A stretch of 64,000 bases of DNA. It comes from Malacoraja senta (Eukaryota). This document shows positions 57,240 through 64,000 of this stretch, one piece after another. Within the stretch, counting starts at the first letter, position 1; the number at the start of each line of letters is the position of its first letter. The stretch covers positions 3,474,001 through 3,538,000 of the forward strand of contig CM075997.1 of NCBI GenBank assembly GCA_038087875.1, read 5' to 3'. Both the position numbers and the translations under genes were made by a program. The notes under the pieces were generated by a model. That model was given only the letters and a program-made list of their open reading frames with translations. It was not told the DNA's origin and did not search any database.

Positions 57240-57817
57240 TAAGAAGGAACTGCAGATGATGGGACAATCGAAGGTAGACAAAAATGCTGGAGAAACTCAG
57301 CGGTGAGATTCTGAGATTCTGTAAGTGCTACTAAACTGAAGTGATGTAAATACCTTTGTGGCGGAGGAAAATGCTGGTGAGGAAGGTAGAATTACCAGTA
57401 TTCCTTGCATCAATAAGAAACAGTTAAATTACAATACTGTGATATGTAAAGTTTCCTGACTTGTGTAGGAAAGAACTGCAGATGCTGGTTTACATCATAG
57501 ACACAAAACGCTGGAGTAACTCAGCGAGACAGGCAGCATCTCTGGAGAGAAGGGGAGTAGGAATGGGTGACGCTTTGGGTCGAGACCTCTCGGTTTTTGC
57601 GCAGGCTGTGGTAGCGGGTCTGGGTTAACAGTGGTCGTAGATGGTAGTAGTAGAGGGTAATAGCCCTTGCTTTCCCTCTCTCTCCATCCCCTCCCCCTTC
57701 CCAGATCTCTCTGTACCGCCCACTCCCCTGACATCAGTCTGAAGAAGGGTCTCGACCCGAAACGTCGCCTATTTCCTTCGCTCCACAGATGCTGCCTCAC
57801 CCGCTGAGTTTCTCCAG
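57240..57817. mobile_element. Composite Penelope-derived insertion carrying a copy of neighbouring DNA, 15-bp TSD
   Basis: caattcagaaatgtt at 57225-57239 and 57818-57832; internal 57308-57766 duplicates 59557-60045. Confidence 0.8.
57739..57766 (+). ncRNA. Minimal hammerhead ribozyme-like motif
   Basis: CUGAAGA-A-GGGUC-UC-GACCC-GAAA-CG-UC (GUC triplet). Confidence 0.6.
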
Positions 57818-58260
57818 CAATTCAGAAATGTTAATAGGATTTGGTTTCTCTGGCAAGCAGAGATATAAAACAAGGAGACTGAAGTGTTCATTTAAAAAAA
57901 ACGGAAAATAAAAAATGTTAGATGTCGAGTGACCAGGAACTTAAAGGTCAGTGAAGTTACGGTGGAATAACGGCTCAATACATGGAGGTATGTGGGCATG
58001 GTGCATGTTGCATTTCATTAGAACACAGGCAGAAGCCACTTAGGTTATCTTACCTGCACTAGGTGAGCTGGAGCTTGTGTTGTGTGGGAACTTTTGTCTG
58101 GAGCATTCAAAGAGCCATGAGAAGACCAAACATCAACAAAGTTTTTGAGAAGGGGAAAAACCTGGAAGCTAGACGCAGAAGGAAGCAGGTGGCCCTGTTG
58201 ATGGAAAATGACGTGTGTAAAACGTACGAGATTGATTTAGCTTGATCTGGCTCACTCATC

Positions 58261-58475
58261 GGGCAGTCGCGGTGGCACAGCGGTAGAGTTGCTGCCTTAC
58301 AGCAAAATGCAGCGCCAGAGACCTGGGTTCGATCCTGACCACGGGTGCTGTCTGTATGGAGTTTGTACGTTCTCCCCGTGATCTGCGTGGCTTTTCTCCG
58401 AGATCTTCGGTTTCCTCCCACACTCCAAAGACGTACAGGTTTGTAGGTCAATTGGCTTGATAAAAATGTAAAATT
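58261..58475 (+). mobile_element. HE1-like SINE, 3'-truncated
   Basis: gggcagtcgcggtggcacagcggtagag...ggttcgatcc. Confidence 0.8.
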
Positions 58476-59707
58476 GTCCAAGTTGGCGATATGCAGAGTA
58501 CTGCCCTGCCGACTACAAACTTCAGAAGGTTCATCGTATTTGTGCTCTCTACGTGATCCCTGTAATTGCAAGAACCTTTGAAGCTTCACAGGTCTAATTG
58601 AATTCCAGGTCTCTGCTCTGATTATCCCACAGGTGGAGTGATCTGTGTAGTCGAACTAGGCTTCAGGTCAGTGGCCGACAAATTCCTCATTTAGACAGCC
58701 ATCAAGGCCCTTTGACAGTTTATACTGACAAAAGCTTTTTAGCTGTTACTAAATGAATCAGAAAATCTAAAAAGAGTTGTAAAAGGTTTATGATTTCTTT
58801 AAAAAAAAAAGAAATGTGAAAATAGTATTAAAAAAAATGTATTTAACTAATACAAAATTAACTAAATAGGCAATGTTAATGAAAGGAAAAAGGAAGCAGT
58901 TACCTACACTTGCCTTTCCTGTGAATAGCCGCATGCTCCGCATTTTAGGAATGGCTGACAAAAGTAATGCGACTGATGCAGAGTGTATCCACCCCCTTGA
59001 TTGAGTTCCACCTCTGGACCCTGAGCTGAGTTCAAGAGTGGACCGCAAAGTAGGCACAGAACCTGGAGATGTGGTGATCCACAAAGATGTGCTTATTGGT
59101 AGTTCTCTTCCAAATTGCTGGCAGAAATATGTTTCAGCTTTATCCAGAGCACTGGTCAAGTATTGGTGCCAAAGGTTGGGAGAAGGTGAGGTTATTGGAA
59201 GAAGTTGCCAGACAATCTGATGGAGGTATTTAAATTAATGGGTTTATACAGGGTGGATAGAGAATCCTTTTCCATTATTGTAGGGGTTAAAAATGACAGA
59301 CATAAGATAAAGATGATTGTCCTAAAAAACAGTATAATGCAAGTAAGTATTTTTCATTTAACCGGTGGATGGTTAGAGTCTGAAATGCAGAGCCACTGTT
59401 GCTGATGGAAGCAGATTTATTTGCAGTGTTTAAAAATGCTCAGATGAAAGAATTTGCAGGGCTATGGCCGGAGAACTAGGGATTCAGATCAGCTGGATTG
59501 CTCTCGCATCGAGCCATTATGAATTTTCAAGTCAGGTTGTCTCCTATTGTGCAGTCATTCTGAGATTCTGTAAGTGCCACTAAACTGAAGTGATGTAAAT
59601 ACCTTTGTGGCGGAGGAAAATGCTGGTGTGGAAGGTAGAATTACCAGTATTCCTTGCATCAAGAAACAGCTAAATTCCAATACTGTGCTATGTAAAGTTT
59701 CCTGACT

Positions 59708-60105
59708 TGTGTAGGAAAGAACTGCAGATGCTGGTTTACATCATAGACACAAACGCTGGAGTAACTCAGCGGGACAGGCAGCATCTCTGGAGAGAAGGAG
59801 AGTAGGAATGAGTGACGCTTCGGGTCGAGACCTCTCGGTACTTGCGCAAGCTGTGGTAGCGGGTCTGGGTTAACAGTGGTTGTAGATGATAGTAGTAGAG
59901 GGTAGTAGCCCTTGCTTTCCCTCTCTCTCCATCCCCTCCCCCTTCCCAGTTCTCCCACCAGTCTTACTGTCTCCGACTAAATTGTATCTCTGTACCGCCC
60001 ACTCCCCTGACATCAGTCTGAAGAAGGGTCTCGACCCGAAACGTCACCCAATCCTTCTCTCCAGAGATGCTGCCTGTCCCGCTGAGTTACTCCAGCATTT
60101 TGTGT
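59708..60105. mobile_element. Penelope-derived repeat with inverted arms
   Basis: Arms gctggagtaactcagcgggacaggcagcatctctggaga and its reverse complement; hammerhead core at 60018. Confidence 0.8.
60018..60045 (+). ncRNA. Minimal hammerhead ribozyme-like motif
   Basis: CUGAAGA-A-GGGUC-UC-GACCC-GAAA-CG-UC. Confidence 0.6.
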
Positions 60106-62081
60106 CTAACTCAAATAGTTGCTGGCATTGTAATTTGGGTGAAGGGAATGGCTTTACTCCAGCAGCTTAATTCAGTAGGCATCCATTGTGGCTACAGGAA
60201 CATGCAGGACAGACTTTCTATCGTGCCTATCACCAAAGATGAGCATCATGGAGAAGACACTGTTGATTCCTGATTGATCATCACTGTTGATGATTGAAAT
60301 AACCATCTCGTACATCACAAAAGCACCAAAAGTTCGGCATGCTAAAAAGTGAGCAACGATAGCATGTATTTACTTGTTACTGGCAAGAACAACGTGTCTT
60401 GTCCATCCCTAATTGTGTTTGAGCAGATAGTCATTTGCTGCCTCCTTGAAAGATGGCAGTCCTTCTGGTAAAAGTGTCCCACAGAGCTTCTGAGGAGGGA
60501 GTTGCAGGATTTAGCCCCAGTGATGAGGAAGGACTGGTAATTTATTTCCATGGTCTTTTTTAAGACCTCAGTTGTCCACTGGGTGGTAGCACATACCTTG
60601 TGTTTGGTCACAGATATTGTAGCAACCCAGTATCCTGCCTATGCTTACATCAATGCTGTATTATGATCAGCCGCCTTCAATGAATGCACTGTTCGCTTCA
60701 TCACTGCCTTGTCTAAATTCGAAGGGAGTCATTGTTAATCGTTGGCAGATGGAAACAAGTCAAATGCACAGAGTTTGTCTAAATCGTGATGCACTGTGAT
60801 CCACGTGGATGATTTATGAAATGAGATGGCAGCAGGTTTTCAACTTGCTGCTACACTCTCGTGCAATTAGCTAAGCAGTTCATATCCACTTGGAGAAGTT
60901 ACAGTAGACTACAAGCCCCAGCTAGAAATAGTGCTATATTTCTATTTATCTCGCTATTTTATTTCTTTGTGTGCCGATTACTTCCTTTTAAAATTTGACA
61001 TTGAATGTTCATATTCGTTTCAGCTTTACTGTGCCATGAAGCTGTGTAATGAGATTGTGGGTGATAATAACCTATAACAAGGTTATAACAGGGATTCTTC
61101 CATTCCAGCAGATAGCAATGTCACCTTTAGTGTGACTGATTCTGAAACCTTTTTAGAAGACTACATATCTCCCATTAAATTAATGACAAAGAGCTGGACA
61201 CTAGCTTAAATAGGGATTGATCAAGGCACTGCAATACTTGCTGTTTTGTGCTGGAGTATCCTAAATATCCCCCTCCCCATATCAGATTTTGTTTACAGCT
61301 CTTCACCACTGGTTGCAGACATTTGCATATCTTAATTCAGAGCCAATATAGAGACAAGTTCGTACAAGGAAAGAAGAGATTGCAGGGAAACGACTAGTTT
61401 TCTAAACTCCCCTCAGCTGATCGTGCCGTCTTCACTCAACATTTCCCGCTTATCATCGGCTTCACGGGACCATATCATCTTCATGTTTGGCTTCGCCCAT
61501 CCGCTGGCATGCGCAGAATCCCGTAAAGATGTTTTTGTGTTCTTGTTTTCTTCTCGAACATCACCGCTGTGGTGTCTTTTGCTGGTGCAGGATAGATTTC
61601 CAGGTGCATTGTGATATCATTCATCTCCACCATCTTAACCTCCACCACATGTGTCCTACGTAACGTTTGTCCTGGATGATCCACAGTGACAAGTGAAGCC
61701 ATTATCTTCAGTCGCTGCCAGAAAGCTTTGCTTTCCTGCCAGGATTACCTTCCTGACCATCAGCTCAGATTGAACAAAATAGTTTGCAATTATGAAATCA
61801 ATTCAATCCTGAGCTGAGGTATAAATTACACTTCTACATCTTGAGCAACACCACGAAGATCACGTGCTTCCATCTCAGCAACGTTTTGTACCTTTGTTGT
61901 CTAAGACTCTCCTTTGCCAAATAAGTAGTGTGCATCGTTATATTTCACAATGCCCAAGGCAACTCTGGACACAAGGTGAAACCTATTCAACATTCTGTAA
62001 TATGTATCCTGTATTATAACATGCTCATCTTTGCTGACTTCCTGTCTCCGAACTATTGTTTTTATGTGCGCGCTCATACAT

Positions 62082-62717
62082 TGGCACGCTGGTGCAGCGG
62101 TAAATTTGCCGCCAGAGAGCCTGGTTCGATCCTGACTACGGACGGTTGTCTGTACGGAGATTGTACGTTCTCCCCGTGCCCTGCGTGGGTTTTTCTCCGC
62201 TTTCTTCCCACACTCCTAAGACGTACAGGTTTGTAGGCGAATTGGCTTGGTCTAATTGTAAATTAGTGTGTACGATAGTGTTAGCGTGCAGGGCTCAGTG
62301 GTCGGTGCAGATTTGGTGGACTGAGATTTGCCGGGTTGAAAATGACCTGGAGCGGGGCCTTACATTTCCCGGCACGGCTTTAACGGCCGCGGGTCCTGCT
62401 AGCGCCCGCCAGGGGTTCCAACAACAAGACCCGGAGCGCGGCCTTAATGGCTGGGGGACTTACCATTGCCCGCCAGGGGCTTTGACATCGGGAGAAGAAT
62501 GGAGAGCAGGGGAGAGACAAGACTTTGCCTTCCATCACAGTGAGGAGGAGATTCACTGTGATGGATGTTTGTGTTAATGTGTGTCTTGGTTCTTTTCTTG
62601 TTGAATGACTGCAGAAACCAAATTTCGTTTGAACTTCATTTGAGGTTCAAATGACAATAAACGGTATTGTATTGTACTGAAGGGCCTGTTTCCGCGCTGT
62701 ATTTCTAAACTAAACTA
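62082..62717 (+). mobile_element. HE1-like SINE split by a GC-rich SINE-like insertion (about 62325-62676)
   Basis: SINE breaks at actga and resumes at actgaagggcctgtttccgcgctg; the insert ends in gacaataaa plus (tattg)n. Confidence 0.75.
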
Positions 62718-63845
62718 ATTATCTGTAATCGTTTGGTTCCTTCTATTCTATACAGGAAATTAAATGACTTTGTTTCTGTATTTATATTAATATACCTTTA
62801 ATTTATGTTGATCGTTCTTGGAAACTCCCCAAACTTTGCTACCTTTAACTAAACTAAACTGAACGGAAACTTTCTAGCCTCTTGAAAATCTCAAAGCATA
62901 ATTTTTCTAGTATTCATTTGCCCTCGTAATTACTCTTGTCTTTGCCTTCTGTTTATTTGTGAAAACCATCATACATTTTACAGTGATACCTGAATGTTAG
63001 TTTAAACAAAAATCATTACTGCAAAGGAGAATATAATTTGTGTCAATTGGGAGCTGGTAGCGAAAAGAGCAGGTTACCCAGCAAGCTGCCAAAGTAGCAT
63101 TATCTTGCTGCTGCAGTAAGTATCCTAATCCTTGGCTTGCTCCCGCTTTTCCAATGAGTTGTGAATTTGTGGATTTCTTGACCTTTCCAATCGAGGAGCA
63201 AACAGTTTGTGTTTCATCTAAATGAGTTTGATGACAAATCTGCCAAAGGCTTGCTGCCATGTGTTAGTGTGCGAGTGCCAGCAGTTAAAGCTAACAGAAG
63301 TATTAGCACCCCTGCATGTGGCACTCTGTCTGCTCCCCTGCTGCTGCCCTGCGGTCCCATCTGCTTCACCAACTAACTTAATTGGTTCCTTTTGTTTTAC
63401 ATTTTTGTTGAGGAATAAAAATCCTTCCCTGTCATTAACCCCTTTGAGAACTGCTGTAACATTTTTTTGCTCCAAAGATATAACACATGTGATTATTGCC
63501 AGGAAGGTAAACACTAACCCACAGGAGAGTTTCAATTGTTAATTGAGTCCTTGTTGACCCAAAAGGAAAGGAAAATTAGTTTTATCTAGTTCAAAATTTT
63601 GCAAGCTGGACAGTTAATATACAATGTATTTAAATGCATGTTACCATTTATAGTTGTATTCAGATGTTACATGTATAACAATGAAATATTCCAGCAATAA
63701 CCTGAAAATGCAAGCATTGTACTGCCTTAGAATAGTCTCCAGACTTGACTTTCTGTTAACTACATTCATCAGATTGAATTGTCTTACCATTTGCATGCAA
63801 CAAAGTTCCTTTGCATCACTGAGACTTGTAAGAGCACAAAACTTA

Positions 63846-64000
63846 AGGGCCCGTCCCACTTACGCGATTTTTTTCTGCGACTTGCCGGCACCAGTCATAG
63901 ACGCAGCAGGTTGCCGAAAATTTTCAATGTTGAAAATCCAGTGGCGACCAGTAAAAAGGTACGACTCTTTGACCCATGACATGTCGACACGTGACGCCTG
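63846..64000. mobile_element. Left end of a PIF/Harbinger-type MITE (runs off the window)
   Basis: tta|agggcccgtcccactta TIR and the atgttgaaaatccag..ggc.accag motif shared with 36405-36839. Confidence 0.65.

Noticed and set aside
58633..58666. Possible TIMM50 exon 2 (cacag|...|gtcagt, 34 nt)
   Set aside because: Translation does not resemble the expected G-x-N-x-VDE-x-G-x-K Tim50 segment
63218..63535. Minus ORF resembling a secreted protein (MKLSCGLVFTFLAIITC...)
   Set aside because: Starts at TTG rather than ATG, no recognisable domain, and no convincing splice context

Overview
Eukaryotic (vertebrate) genomic DNA, most likely from a cartilaginous fish (skate/ray-like, judged from HE1-type SINEs, CR1/HER1-like LINEs and abundant Penelope-derived repeats). 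The window holds the complete coding region of SUPT5H (Spt5, DSIF large subunit) on the + strand. I reconstructed 29 GT-AG coding exons by hand from ATG 310 to stop 43125 (3348 nt, 1115 aa); all intron phases are consistent, and they include a 12-nt microexon at 9410-9421. About 3.8 kb downstream on the same strand are the CpG-rich promoter and first coding exon of TIMM50 (46886-47285), the same gene order as in human. No further TIMM50 exon was recognised in the remaining 16.7 kb. Introns are dense with repeats: short fold-back Penelope-derived insertions carrying minimal hammerhead-ribozyme cores, a Penelope GIY-YIG remnant, CR1, L2, Rex1/Babar and RTE-like LINE fragments, tRNA-derived SINEs, a GC-rich SINE-like family, and nested Tc1/mariner-, hAT- and PIF/Harbinger-type MITEs. 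Most short ORFs in the supplied track are spurious or are exon read-throughs. Exon boundaries and TSDs were read base by base; repeat family names come from motif recognition only (no database search) and most repeat boundaries are approximate.
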